From IMG/VR virus record IMGVR_UViG_3300044723_011986, positions 1-54,750 of that record: a stretch of 54,750 bases of DNA; one strand, 5' to 3'. This document shows, one piece after another, positions 25,193 through 35,093 of the stretch. How positions within the stretch are numbered: position 1 is the stretch's first letter; each line of letters opens with the position of its first letter. The translations under genes and the position numbers were made by a program. The notes beneath the pieces were generated by a model. The model saw only the letters and a list, made by a program, of their open reading frames with translations. It ran no database searches and was not told where the DNA came from. This DNA is from a virus (lineage: Duplodnaviria > Caudoviricetes).

Positions 25193-28176
25193 GCTTCTGC
25201 TTCTGCTCCTTCAAAATATTGAATATCATCTAAATGCATTTTCATTGCTTGCTTAACAACACGCTTCATAAGGTCAGAATTCTTTCTAATACGAGCAACT
25301 TCTTTTTGGGTAAAGTCTTCTAATGCTTCAACTTCTGAAAGTGATTTATTGATTACTTGATCAATTTTTTCTGCTGCTTTTTCTACTTCATTTGAAGCTG
25401 TATCAATTTCACCTTTGCCCATTGCCATAAGGTTTTCAAAAAGCTCTTTTGCAACTGCTGTTCTTTCATCCATTGTTGCAGCGCCACCTGATCTTTTGTC
25501 TGCAATTGCTGTAAACCAACAGACAAAGTTTCTAGCTGCAGGATTCATCTTAGAAAAGTCTGGCATTCTCTTTACTCTTCCGACAAAAGGATAAACCATT
25601 TTTATCTGCAAATCTTTCATATTGGGCTCTAAGAACTTAGCTTTAGTCTCTTTAACGCCTATCTCCTGAGCTGTTACATACGCTGCATCTTGTGCTTCTT
25701 TAAGATTAATTCCAGAAAAAAGATTTAATATTTCAGCTTTGAGTGCCTCTTCAATATTTTCTGCTTGACGCTTAACTTTCTTTTCAAAAGCAAAATTGAT
25801 AGTTTCTATTTGCTGCATGCCCGGGCCTTTCAGACTAGACCCAATAAGATCTCCTACAATTGATCTTAGAATTGCAGGCCCTACGTTTCTACTATCTGAA
25901 AAGAATTCTAATGCATCGTATTGATCACCTTCAATATTAAATACATTTCCTTTTAGCTTTTCAATAGTGTTTTCTCCACCGCGAGTTGCTGGACTATATA
26001 CAAACTCTTTAATAGCTCTTATCTGAGTTATTGCTTCAATAAAGGGTTTTAGATCTTCCTGATCAAGACCTTGAGATGCTCCATCTTTGGCAATTGCGAT
26101 CAAAGCCTCTTCAGTTGAAGGAATAATTTCAGCAAGAGTATCATTAAAAATTGTAATATAATTAGCTTCGCCCATCTTGTCTGGATCGTCTAAATCTTCT
26201 AGACCTTTTTGAGCCATGTCAAATTTTTTACTTAATACTCTATAGACATAATTTTTGTAATTCGATATAGATCCAACATTGCGCATAATCTGAGATCCTA
26301 TTTCATCTGTAATCGCTTCTTTTTTCTCAGCTGTAGAAACATTTGGATCTTCAAGCTTTGCTTCAATTTCTGAAATTTCTTCATCAGATAAATACTCTAC
26401 TTCTTCTTTGTCTTGTGATTCAGCAAACTTTTGATCAACATAGGCATTTACTTCTGCAACAATGTCACTCTTGTTGATAACAAATGACTGTTTTCTTTTT
26501 CCTGTACCTGACGTGAATGTAAATGTTTCACTTTCAGAAATATTTGAAATAATTTGCTGTATAGCTTGGTCGCGAGACTCATTTGATAAGTCAGCGCCTA
26601 ATTCTCTTCTTTCTCTTTTAAATTCGTCTGATTTGACAATTGTATAAGCAACCACAGCATCAACAATTGCGTCTTTCATTGTTTTTTGTTCGCCAGCGTG
26701 TTCAATCTGCTCATTAGGATCTAGATCGCGTGCCTTAAATGTTGCCTTTGTTGGAATATTAAAAGGTGCTTTTTTAATTTGTGCGGAAAATCCAGTATCA
26801 ATGAGCTTGGAAAGTAATTGCGTTTCTGAAGAAGCAATATTTCTTGTTTGACCACCGTAATTAGGATCAAAAAGAATTGACTCGGTAACACGATTAGCTA
26901 TTTGGTCCATAAACTTCATAATAGAAAGTCCGGAGTCTTCTTCGTACATGTCAAATGCAGAAGATGCCAATCTAGTAAAAGCACGAGAATAGTCAGATAA
27001 TGATCCTGCACTTCCACTCTGAAGTTTATTCATAAATGCAAGAACTCTTTTCTTCCAAAATTCTGGAGTTTTCTTGTCAGCAGGAAGTTTATATATGACT
27101 TCGTGATTTGTATTGACACCATTACTTAAGATTCCTTTCCATGCTCTTTCTTCGGGTGATCCTGCGAACTCTGCACCCGGGTCGCCGCCTCCAAATCCAT
27201 ACTTTACAGAAACTTCTGTAGCAATTACACGAGAAATTGCGTCCATAGAATCTACAACAGCTTGAGCAACTGCTTCAAGAGGATGAACTTTCTTTTCTGC
27301 AAGGGATGTTAAAGCATTTTCCCAGTAAGAATTTTTTAAAGCTTTGTGTTGCTTATTGTCTTGAAATGGTTCTCTTTCAAGTTCACCAATACCACCTAAA
27401 AGTCTATCATAATCTTCATCGCTGATATCAGGGAGATCTTCATCATCTTCTAAGTCAATACCTGATGCTCTTGTAACATCAGTTGACTTTTCAGGTTTTG
27501 TACGGGTTCTTGCAGGTGTAGGAGTTGTTACAATATCAGAAGAAGCTTTTTCAGTATCAAATTGATTTGACATAAGTGCATCTTCAATTTCTGTATAACT
27601 TACGCTGTGCTTGTCTGAAAGAAATTGTATTTCTTCCATCCCATCATAAAATTTATTCTTTTTGTATTTTTTCTTTAATTTAACAAAAGCAGGATCAGCC
27701 ATTACGTCTTCTAAAGAACCGCCGGCCGACACAGATGAACCAAACTCTTCATCTTCGTATTCGTCATATGTGGTATCACTATAACGATCGTCATCACCTC
27801 TTCCAAACATATCATTTATTGAAAACATTCGACCAGACTCAGCAAGCATGCCTTCGTTGCTTTTGTCAAGTGCTGCATCAAGAAGCTTATGAAGCGCACG
27901 ATAGTATTCTTCAATTTGATCAGGAGGTACTTCTTCTGCAATTCTTGAGGCTGCTGAACGAAGCTCGCTAATTGAACCGGGCACATAGTTTTCGTCACCA
28001 ACGGGCGGCTCTTCTACTGAAAGCTGCCTAGATGCCATATGTGATGGAACAATTGGGGTTTCTTGTCTATCAAATGAATGAATAAAATTACCACTAGGAT
28101 TATCAAAAGTTCTATTTTCATTTAAAGCTTTTTTAAGCAGATTAAATAGAACATCTTTTTTAACTTTAACTTGCAT
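25189..28176 (-). CDS. Large acidic hypothetical protein, probable internal virion protein
   Basis: 995 aa; N-terminus VKKDVLFNLLKKALNE. Confidence 0.8.
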   Translation of the reverse strand: MQVKVKKDVLFNLLKKALNENRTFDNPSGNFIHSFDRQETPIVPSHMASRQLSVEEPPVGDENYVPGSISELRSAASRIAEEVPPDQIEEYYRALHKLLDAALDKSNEGMLAESGRMFSINDMFGRGDDDRYSDTTYDEYEDEEFGSSVSAGGSLEDVMADPAFVKLKKKYKKNKFYDGMEEIQFLSDKHSVSYTEIEDALMSNQFDTEKASSDIVTTPTPARTRTKPEKSTDVTRASGIDLEDDEDLPDISDEDYDRLLGGIGELEREPFQDNKQHKALKNSYWENALTSLAEKKVHPLEAVAQAVVDSMDAISRVIATEVSVKYGFGGGDPGAEFAGSPEERAWKGILSNGVNTNHEVIYKLPADKKTPEFWKKRVLAFMNKLQSGSAGSLSDYSRAFTRLASSAFDMYEEDSGLSIMKFMDQIANRVTESILFDPNYGGQTRNIASSETQLLSKLIDTGFSAQIKKAPFNIPTKATFKARDLDPNEQIEHAGEQKTMKDAIVDAVVAYTIVKSDEFKRERRELGADLSNESRDQAIQQIISNISESETFTFTSGTGKRKQSFVINKSDIVAEVNAYVDQKFAESQDKEEVEYLSDEEISEIEAKLEDPNVSTAEKKEAITDEIGSQIMRNVGSISNYKNYVYRVLSKKFDMAQKGLEDLDDPDKMGEANYITIFNDTLAEIIPSTEEALIAIAKDGASQGLDQEDLKPFIEAITQIRAIKEFVYSPATRGGENTIEKLKGNVFNIEGDQYDALEFFSDSRNVGPAILRSIVGDLIGSSLKGPGMQQIETINFAFEKKVKRQAENIEEALKAEILNLFSGINLKEAQDAAYVTAQEIGVKETKAKFLEPNMKDLQIKMVYPFVGRVKRMPDFSKMNPAARNFVCWFTAIADKRSGGAATMDERTAVAKELFENLMAMGKGEIDTASNEVEKAAEKIDQVINKSLSEVEALEDFTQKEVARIRKNSDLMKRVVKQAMKMHLDDIQYFEGAEAEA

Positions 28177-28223
28177 TTTAAATCTCCGAATTCTTTAGTA
28201 AGTATTATGGTAAAAACGAATGT

Positions 28224-28631
28224 TTAGTTAAAGTTTTGATTAACTGCATACGTTATTCCCACTGTGGTACCTACGCCTAAAACAAAAGCTCCGTAAGAAG
28301 CCCAACGTTGCCATACGTCTCTCTTTTTGTCTTTTTTAATTTGTCTATCTCTTGCTGCTATCATGGTTTGATACATTTCAACTTCTGATCTATATCTTAT
28401 GTCAAGTAGTTCATATTGAAGTACTTGTTGTGCTTTGTATTCTTCAAAAGAAGCTTCCGCATCAATTTTGCATTGTTCAAGCTCTCTTTCATTTTGAGAA
28501 ATAATTTCAGCTAGTGCTTCTTCAGAAAGAAGAATACCGCTCATTGGCGCGGTATCTCCTTCTGTAACCCTAGTATAGTCAGGATTAGACCCATATGCTG
28601 AAGTTGCTATTAAAAAGATAAAGATTTTCAA
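28224..28631 (-). CDS. Signal-peptide/coiled-coil protein with C-terminal TM (spanin-like?)
   Basis: Hydrophobic N-terminus, coiled coil, C-terminal hydrophobic helix; follows holin-like gene. Confidence 0.5.
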   Translation of the reverse strand: MKIFIFLIATSAYGSNPDYTRVTEGDTAPMSGILLSEEALAEIISQNERELEQCKIDAEASFEEYKAQQVLQYELLDIRYRSEVEMYQTMIAARDRQIKKDKKRDVWQRWASYGAFVLGVGTTVGITYAVNQNFN

Positions 28632-28633
28632 CG

Positions 28634-28996
28634 CTATTCTCCTTTGAGACCGTATTTTTCCTTTAATACTTTATCTAGACTTGAAGAATCATTTAACAAT
28701 TCTTCTTTTCTTTCTTCTTTTTTTTGATCTGCTTTGCTCTCTTGCTCTTTCTTTTCAGTATCAATTTTTTCTCTAGTATCATGATAGTTTTTAATTGCAC
28801 GATCTGTGCCTTTTTGAATTTTACTTGATGCTTTTTTGCGAGCATTTGCATCTTCTTGAGAAACTTTTTCTCTATTTCCAGAAGTTCCAATTATTACACC
28901 TATTAAAAGCATAACAATTGCAACAAGTATTTCCCAGTATTCTAAGAGAATTTTTTTTGCTTTCTTTAAATAAGTCATTGTTTGCCGTGTTTCCAT
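28634..28996 (-). CDS. N-terminal TM plus coiled-coil protein (i-spanin-like)
   Basis: WEILVAIVMLLIGVIIG then charged helix. Confidence 0.5.
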   Translation of the reverse strand: METRQTMTYLKKAKKILLEYWEILVAIVMLLIGVIIGTSGNREKVSQEDANARKKASSKIQKGTDRAIKNYHDTREKIDTEKKEQESKADQKKEERKEELLNDSSSLDKVLKEKYGLKGE

Positions 28997-29283
28997 ACCT
29001 GGACTGCATCAATTGCAGATTGGCCTCCAATATAGAACATTGCAATCATACCCCAGGTGTCTGGATCTAAACCTGCTCCGATCAAAAGACCTGTTGCAGT
29101 TAAAAAGACAAGAAGCTTTCTTGATACTAATCTTTCTTGAAGAGCATCTAAAACTCCTTTTGCTTTGCTGTTAAGATAAAGTTCTTTCTTAACTTTTTCT
29201 TTTAGTCCTTCTTCAACTTTGTCTTTGACAGCATCAACTACGTCTTCAACGACTTCGTCAATTTTCTCTCTAGTTGTTCCCAT
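28975..29283 (-). CDS. Holin-like membrane protein
   Basis: SRKLLVFLTATGLL...WGMIAMFYIGGQSAID two-TM pattern. Confidence 0.6.
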   Translation of the reverse strand: MGTTREKIDEVVEDVVDAVKDKVEEGLKEKVKKELYLNSKAKGVLDALQERLVSRKLLVFLTATGLLIGAGLDPDTWGMIAMFYIGGQSAIDAVQVWKHGKQ

Positions 29284-29300
29284 TTTGCTCTCCTAAATTG

Positions 29301-29582
29301 TTAGTTTTTAATTCTATTGTTATTTTCAATTAAGTCAAAAATTGACTCAACATCTTGTTTAGAAAATTTCTTTTCTACCTTGTTTTTCTTATCATCTGAT
29401 AATTGATCTAGCATTCTTATAATTTTTGGATCTTCTGCAAGTATATACTGTACAAACTCTTCAAAAACTTCTTGCATTGACAACTGCCTTTGGAAGCAAG
29501 CAATTCTAAATGCTGCATGTGCATCTTTTGAAATATTAAAATGCACAGACTTTTTATTAAATTTTTCAGATCTCAAAGACAA
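29301..29582 (-). CDS. Ribbon-helix-helix-like DNA-binding protein
   Basis: KKSVHFNISKDAHAAFRIAC...SMQEVFEEFV. Confidence 0.55.
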   Translation of the reverse strand: MSLRSEKFNKKSVHFNISKDAHAAFRIACFQRQLSMQEVFEEFVQYILAEDPKIIRMLDQLSDDKKNKVEKKFSKQDVESIFDLIENNNRIKN

Positions 29583-29585
29583 GTT

Positions 29586-30296
29586 TTATGCTCCACCACC
29601 GCCGCCGAGACCCCCGGTTCCACCAGCAAAGGCTCCAACAGCAAAATTATCATCAGAAACATCTGGTATGTTTGTAAACTCTTGTGTCTCTAATCCATGT
29701 TTTGCACTAAGGTTATTTAAAAATTCGCTAACAAAAACTTCACCGTAGTTTTCATCTAAAAAGTTTTTAGCTCTATTGATAATAGATTCTTCTATGTTTA
29801 AAAGATTATTGTAGTTATTTACTAATCTAACAACTCTTGTAGAAAACTTATCAATATCTAAGTCTGGAGTTTTTTGATCTCCTGCTGGTTCAGAAACAGT
29901 CATGTCAGCACTTTTTGCTGGATCTTGTTCTTCTTCATCATCACTTTCTTCTTCGCCGCCACCTGCTAAATCATCAGCAGGAGGCTCTTCAGCAGGAGGT
30001 TCTTCGGGAGGTGGCTCTTCAGCAGGAGGTTCTTCTTCTTCTTGCTCAAACAAAAATCGCATATTAAGATTTTTTAATGACTCATTTAAAGAAGCTTCTT
30101 TTCTTATAGAAGCTGACTCATAGCGAAGAATTAATGCATCTACCTGATCGTCAATAGAATCAGCAGCAGGGCGAGCTTTTACCTTAGGCTCTCTAAGGTT
30201 TAAAGGGCTATCAGGAGTATCAACTCCCGACTCTTTTGGTGCTTCTTCCTGCTCAAATAAAAGAGCTTCCCACAAAGATCTTTTTTGTTTTCTCAT
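29586..30296 (-). CDS. Acidic Glu/Pro-repeat protein
   Basis: (EEPPA/P)x4, Gly-rich C-terminus, LFEQE repeated. Confidence 0.8.
   Translation of the reverse strand: MRKQKRSLWEALLFEQEEAPKESGVDTPDSPLNLREPKVKARPAADSIDDQVDALILRYESASIRKEASLNESLKNLNMRFLFEQEEEEPPAEEPPPEEPPAEEPPADDLAGGGEEESDDEEEQDPAKSADMTVSEPAGDQKTPDLDIDKFSTRVVRLVNNYNNLLNIEESIINRAKNFLDENYGEVFVSEFLNNLSAKHGLETQEFTNIPDVSDDNFAVGAFAGGTGGLGGGGGA
29976..30035 (-). repeat. 15-bp coding tandem repeat x4 (EEPPA/EEPPP)
   Basis: Imperfect GAAGARCCWCCTGCT-type units. Confidence 0.7.
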
Positions 30297-30997
30297 TATG
30301 ATCCCCTTACTATGTTTAATATTTTGTCAGCTTTTTCAAATCTTTTTTCAATAACAGACCAACGAAGCTGCTTCATCATTGCTGACATGTAAGAATTAAC
30401 ATCTTTTAAATAGTCTCTGTAGTAAGCATGTTGCCAAACATCCATTACGATAATAGGGTACATGCCTACTGGAACGTGTTCTGAATGTAAGTCTATGGCG
30501 CAGTTCATATAAGACTGTGTAAACATATTGAGATATGTCACAACCCATCCACATCTTGATGCCATTCCACACGCAATAAAGTCTCTTTGCCAATCGTCAA
30601 ATGACCCAAAATCTCTATTGAGCCTCATATAAGCAAGAGAATCTGCAGTAATTCTTGATTGTGCATCTCCAATATTTGCAAAATAAAGCTCATGCAAATA
30701 TGCGCCGTTCATGTTATATGTTTCATCAATTTTAAAAGATCTAAACTGAGAATTGTTAGAATTTACTTCAGACCTGTCAGCTGAATCTAGCTGCATGCTT
30801 GTTTTATTAAAATTTTCAATATAACCTTGATAAAGCTCAATATGGTTTTGAACGTTACCAGGTGACAAAAAGTCTGTCTTAATATTAAATTGTTTTGGCT
30901 GAGACATAAAAGACTCGTTTAGTGTCTTGTCTTTTACATCAAGCGTGTCTTTTATGACTTGTTTTGCCGCTTCTGTTAAAAAATCATCAATTCTCAT
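30296..30997 (-). CDS. Fe/Mn superoxide dismutase-family protein
   Basis: H..LYQGY, LHELYFAN, FGSFDDW, GWVV, MDVWQHAYYRDY. Confidence 0.85.
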   Translation of the reverse strand: MRIDDFLTEAAKQVIKDTLDVKDKTLNESFMSQPKQFNIKTDFLSPGNVQNHIELYQGYIENFNKTSMQLDSADRSEVNSNNSQFRSFKIDETYNMNGAYLHELYFANIGDAQSRITADSLAYMRLNRDFGSFDDWQRDFIACGMASRCGWVVTYLNMFTQSYMNCAIDLHSEHVPVGMYPIIVMDVWQHAYYRDYLKDVNSYMSAMMKQLRWSVIEKRFEKADKILNIVRGS

Positions 30998-31248
30998 TAT
31001 GCTGCCTCGTAATTTTTAAAATCTTTTTCTTGTAATTTAACATAAACAACATCAGAATCTTTTGGACCATAGTGTCGATAGCAAATTACACAAGGCTTTC
31101 CATCTTCAAAATCAACTCTGCTTATTGTGTACTTGTGACCTGTATTTTTACACTTTATGATGAGACCTGTTGACAAGAGATCAATAGAATTTTCTTTATT
31201 CTTTTTTCCTCCCATGGCCAATAGAGATTCAACAACTTTGTGTTTCAA
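30997..31248 (-). CDS. Hypothetical protein
   Basis: 83-aa ORF, TTG start with GGAG. Confidence 0.65.
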   Translation of the reverse strand: MKHKVVESLLAMGGKKNKENSIDLLSTGLIIKCKNTGHKYTISRVDFEDGKPCVICYRHYGPKDSDVVYVKLQEKDFKNYEAA

Positions 31249-31257
31249 GGCATGCTC

Positions 31258-31668
31258 CTAAAAATTTAGATGTCTTACTACAATTCCTGCATCTATAAGT
31301 ATATCTATACCGTTCGACTGTTCGTATCTTTCTAAATAAATTACTTCATCTATATTTGCATTAACAATTTTCATTGCGCATCCTACGCAGGGAGAGTGAG
31401 TCACATACATCTTCTTTCTTTTGGGATTGTTATAATCTAACTTAATAAGAGCATTTTCTTCTGCATGTATAAAACCACTTTGCCCTGTCGTCATAGACTT
31501 TCTTCTATTAGGACCACCTTTTTGGTCACCATTGTAACCTACTGAAAGTACTTGTGTATTTTCATCATTGACGACAATCGCACCTACTTTATATTTTGTA
31601 TCTACGCTTCTTCTAGAAATTTGTTTTGCAAAGTTTGACCAAATCTCATCCCATTCAGGTCTCGACAT
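31258..31668 (-). CDS. dCMP deaminase
   Basis: Start MSRPEWD; KVGAIVV, GYNG, HAEENAL, HSPCVGCA. Confidence 0.9.
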   Translation of the reverse strand: MSRPEWDEIWSNFAKQISRRSVDTKYKVGAIVVNDENTQVLSVGYNGDQKGGPNRRKSMTTGQSGFIHAEENALIKLDYNNPKRKKMYVTHSPCVGCAMKIVNANIDEVIYLERYEQSNGIDILIDAGIVVRHLNF

Positions 31669-32509
31669 CTTTCTCTTCCTTGTCAAAAAGAGTATCAATT
31701 ACAAAATCCCCAGGAAGGACAAATCCTGCAGCTTTCTTATGTCCTCCTCCACCGTATTTTTTAGAAATTTCGGAAACATCAACTGCTTCGTGGAAAGCTC
31801 TTAGGCTGACTTTGTTGATGTTGTCATTATGATCGTAATACCAGATCATCGCAAAGTCACAATCAGGAGCTAGTCTGGCACCAATTTCAGACATCCAGTG
31901 TGATGCATTAACAACTAAGACGTCTTTTCCATCAAGCTTTCTACTTGCTGCTTTTTCACAGACTTTTTTAACTACAGTTTTTGAGTAAGCAAGAATATAA
32001 CTTCCGCGCTTTACAGCATCATCAAAAACTGAGTCATCTTCAAACTTTTCAAACTCTTCAAACTCAAAGGGGATCATGTCAAAAGCAGCGCTAAATTCTT
32101 TTGAATATTCTAGCTCCCACTTCCACAAGTCTCTATCTTGAATATATTTGATAAATTTTGGTGGCTCTTTCCCAGGATGAAAAAATTCCCACGAAAGCAT
32201 GGCACCACTTTTTGTCATATCAAAATGTGTATTTGATATATCATGAAGTTCTACCATGGCTGATTTATGATGATCAATTACTAAAAGTGAGTTAGCTTTT
32301 TCGATCATATTTTTAGTAATGTCGTTCTTAAAAGAGAAATCTAAGATAACAACATTTTTTCCTGTTACATCAGGTGGTTCTTGCCCATGCTTGCATGGAT
32401 AATATTCTGCTCTGTTTCCTAAACATTTCCAAGCAGAATATGCTGCACCGAACCCGTCTGTACAATCTGCGTGAAAAATAACGCAATTTACACTTGTTGG
32501 TTCAAACAA
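31655..32509 (-). CDS. DHH/DHHA1 phosphoesterase
   Basis: HADCTDG, ILDFS, IDHH, DRDLWKW, GGGGHKKAAGF. Confidence 0.9.
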   Translation of the reverse strand: MFEPTSVNCVIFHADCTDGFGAAYSAWKCLGNRAEYYPCKHGQEPPDVTGKNVVILDFSFKNDITKNMIEKANSLLVIDHHKSAMVELHDISNTHFDMTKSGAMLSWEFFHPGKEPPKFIKYIQDRDLWKWELEYSKEFSAAFDMIPFEFEEFEKFEDDSVFDDAVKRGSYILAYSKTVVKKVCEKAASRKLDGKDVLVVNASHWMSEIGARLAPDCDFAMIWYYDHNDNINKVSLRAFHEAVDVSEISKKYGGGGHKKAAGFVLPGDFVIDTLFDKEEKDVET

Positions 32510-32518
32510 TTTTATCTC

Positions 32519-33079
32519 CTAAAATGAAATTCCTGAGTGATGCTTGAGGCACCTTGCCTCATATATATCATCTCCTCCAACATGAATCAACCCAGTATCG
32601 TTAAATTCTTCTTTTCTCATTGTATAAGAAGCATCTTCTCCGCAGACAGTACAAACTGCTTTGCATTTTTTTACATGTGTTGCATGACAAAGAAGTGTAG
32701 ATACTTCTTCAAATGTAGAAAGCGAAGAAGATAAATCAAGAGTAGATATCAAAACGTCGATTCTTTTGTCGTAAAGAAAATTAAGACATGTATTTGCGAT
32801 ATCATCAATCATAAATGCTTCATCTACGGCGATAGCGTGAGGTAATTCTTTATTGCTTAAGTATTCTATTATGTCTTGCCCTTTATTTACAAGTACGCAA
32901 GGTACATGTAAACCACTATGTGTCACAATAAAACCTTCTTTTGTGTATCTATTATCCATTGCAGGCTTAAAACAAATAACTTCTTTTTTGGCGTATTTGT
33001 ATCTCTCTACCTGCTCTAGAAGCTTAGTAGATTTTCCACTAAACATAGGGCCGATGTATAGTTTTAGATTAGGAACCAT
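32519..33079 (-). CDS. tdk: Thymidine kinase
   Basis: GPMFSGKST, VDEAFM, CTVCG, VGGDDIYEARC. Confidence 0.93.
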   Translation of the reverse strand: MVPNLKLYIGPMFSGKSTKLLEQVERYKYAKKEVICFKPAMDNRYTKEGFIVTHSGLHVPCVLVNKGQDIIEYLSNKELPHAIAVDEAFMIDDIANTCLNFLYDKRIDVLISTLDLSSSLSTFEEVSTLLCHATHVKKCKAVCTVCGEDASYTMRKEEFNDTGLIHVGGDDIYEARCLKHHSGISF

Positions 33080-33080
33080 A

Positions 33081-34121
33081 TTATAGCTCCCACCAGTTAA
33101 TAGTCTGTTCTAGGCCTTCCCAAAAAGTAACAAGAGGCTTATAACCTAATTCTTCTTCTGCTCTTGATATATCTGCAAGAGTATGCTTAACATCACCAGG
33201 GCGCTCAGGAGCCTTGCGCACATGAACATCAAAATTAGCTCTAAAATAGTTTAGAATTTCATTATTGGATACACTTGACCCACATGCAATATTATAGCAT
33301 CTTCCTCGAAACTCTATTTTAGAATTTGCAGCTAAAATATTTGCATCAACTACGTTGTCAATATAACACATGTCTCTTGTCTGTTCTCCATCACCATCTG
33401 ACCTGAGTGGCAATCCATGCTTTGTCGCATGACACCAGGCAGCTACTGCCGTTGAGTATGGAGAATTTCCAAGCTGACCCGGTCCAAAAACATTGAAATA
33501 TCGTAAACATACAATATCTTGATCATATAATTCAGCAGCAATTTTTGCATAATCTTCTATCGTATATTTTTGCCAAGCATAAGGAGAAAGTGGTAACTTA
33601 TTTCCTCTTTCTGACTCAGATGTAGGCATTAATTCAGCGCCGCCATAAACTGATGAAGATGAAGCCCAAACCACACGACTAACATTTCCAGCGCATGCTT
33701 CAAATAATCTAACTGTTGAAAATATGTTTGTGTAAGTTGTCTCACCAGGATTTTCTATAGAATAGGAAACTCTCGGAATTGCAGCTTGATGAAAAACTAC
33801 ATCGTAAAATTTATTTCTAATATGAGATACAACATGATCAGATGCAAAATCATCGGGAATTACCAAAACAGTTTTTTGACTTCTTTCTGCATGAACTGTG
33901 GGCGTTGTCATTGGCTGCCCTTCTATTCTATTAAGTGAGTCGTAAAAAGGCCTCAAGAAAGATCCGTTTGGTAGTACTCTTAGCTTTAACCCTTCAAGTG
34001 CGTCCAAAGAACCTGCCGACATGTCGTCGACAACATCAACTTGCCAGCCTTCTTCAATTAATTTTTTTGTTAGATTAGACCCTATAAAACCACATCCGCC
34101 CGTTACTAGTGCTCTACGCAT
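33081..34121 (-). CDS. NAD-dependent NDP-sugar epimerase (extended SDR)
   Basis: VTGGCGFIGS, ASSSSVYG, YAWQK, LRYFNVFGP, DGEQTRD, RPGDV. Confidence 0.92.
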   Translation of the reverse strand: MRRALVTGGCGFIGSNLTKKLIEEGWQVDVVDDMSAGSLDALEGLKLRVLPNGSFLRPFYDSLNRIEGQPMTTPTVHAERSQKTVLVIPDDFASDHVVSHIRNKFYDVVFHQAAIPRVSYSIENPGETTYTNIFSTVRLFEACAGNVSRVVWASSSSVYGGAELMPTSESERGNKLPLSPYAWQKYTIEDYAKIAAELYDQDIVCLRYFNVFGPGQLGNSPYSTAVAAWCHATKHGLPLRSDGDGEQTRDMCYIDNVVDANILAANSKIEFRGRCYNIACGSSVSNNEILNYFRANFDVHVRKAPERPGDVKHTLADISRAEEELGYKPLVTFWEGLEQTINWWEL

Positions 34122-34178
34122 TAATTTCTCCTTTCTTTAACTAGATAATTTTACTTCAAGTTAAAGAAAATTATAACA

Positions 34179-35093
34179 TCAATTTATTATATGACCAGAT
34201 CCAATTTTCAGACTAATCTTGCACATCTTAATGTTACTAAATTCTGACAGTTTTGAAAACACATCTCTTGTTAGAGACTTAATAAAATTCATATCATACT
34301 GCAATGTCTCTTTTGTCTCTGAAGACCTTAGATAGAACTCTCCATATAGAAACTCATTTCTTAGCATAAAGTGGCACAGAGACAAACAGGAGTCATCTGT
34401 GTATATAAATCTACGTGACTCGTGTGTTTCTTCTCTTCCGTATTCATTGGCACCTGCCAATTCATTGTCAATCTTATTTAAAAGTTTTCTTCTGATTTTA
34501 TCATAGTATACTTTTTCCTTTTCATAACGAAGCATTTCTTCTGATATGTCATCAAACATGCCATCATCATAATGAACAAGATTTAATCCAACTTTTTCTA
34601 GATTATCAGATGAGGCTGCTGCTATTTTAAAAAACTCAGCATATTCATGGTAGAGCTTTCTTTCAAAATGAGATCGAAGTTGATGAACAATGTAACTCAC
34701 CATGTTGTCATCAACTTCTGTCTTTATTAGAATTACATTTGGATAATTTTCAAACTCATCGGCTGCTTCTGAAAAAAGATCATAAACTTTTTTGAGTGAT
34801 ACTAGATTTTGAATTTCATCGCCTCTCTTTTGAAATCTTTCTGCAATAACACTCCAGTCAGGAAGTAGAAGTATCATAACATTATTAAGATTTGAAATTT
34901 CTCTTTTAAGAGATTCTACATGAAAATAGTCGCTTCTTCCGTAGAGGCGAGCATATACAATCATAGAAAGAGAAGATCGATCTTGAATATTCCAAAAATA
35001 GCCAGACTTCTCATGTAACTTTTGATAAAGCGTAGTTTTTCCGCTTAAATCCGGCCCTTCTAGTGTAATTTGATTTATTGGCGTCCTTCTCAT
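34179..35093 (-). CDS. NMP kinase fused to a thymidylate-synthase-like domain
   Basis: [17 protein letters not shown]; C-terminal ESRR...C...HF...YLRSSE...LQYD. Confidence 0.75.
   Translation of the reverse strand: MRRTPINQITLEGPDLSGKTTLYQKLHEKSGYFWNIQDRSSLSMIVYARLYGRSDYFHVESLKREISNLNNVMILLLPDWSVIAERFQKRGDEIQNLVSLKKVYDLFSEAADEFENYPNVILIKTEVDDNMVSYIVHQLRSHFERKLYHEYAEFFKIAAASSDNLEKVGLNLVHYDDGMFDDISEEMLRYEKEKVYYDKIRRKLLNKIDNELAGANEYGREETHESRRFIYTDDSCLSLCHFMLRNEFLYGEFYLRSSETKETLQYDMNFIKSLTRDVFSKLSEFSNIKMCKISLKIGSGHIIN

Noticed and set aside
23774-30123. Glu/Pro repeats as CRISPR or non-coding arrays
   Set aside because: In-frame low-complexity coding repeats with no spacer structure
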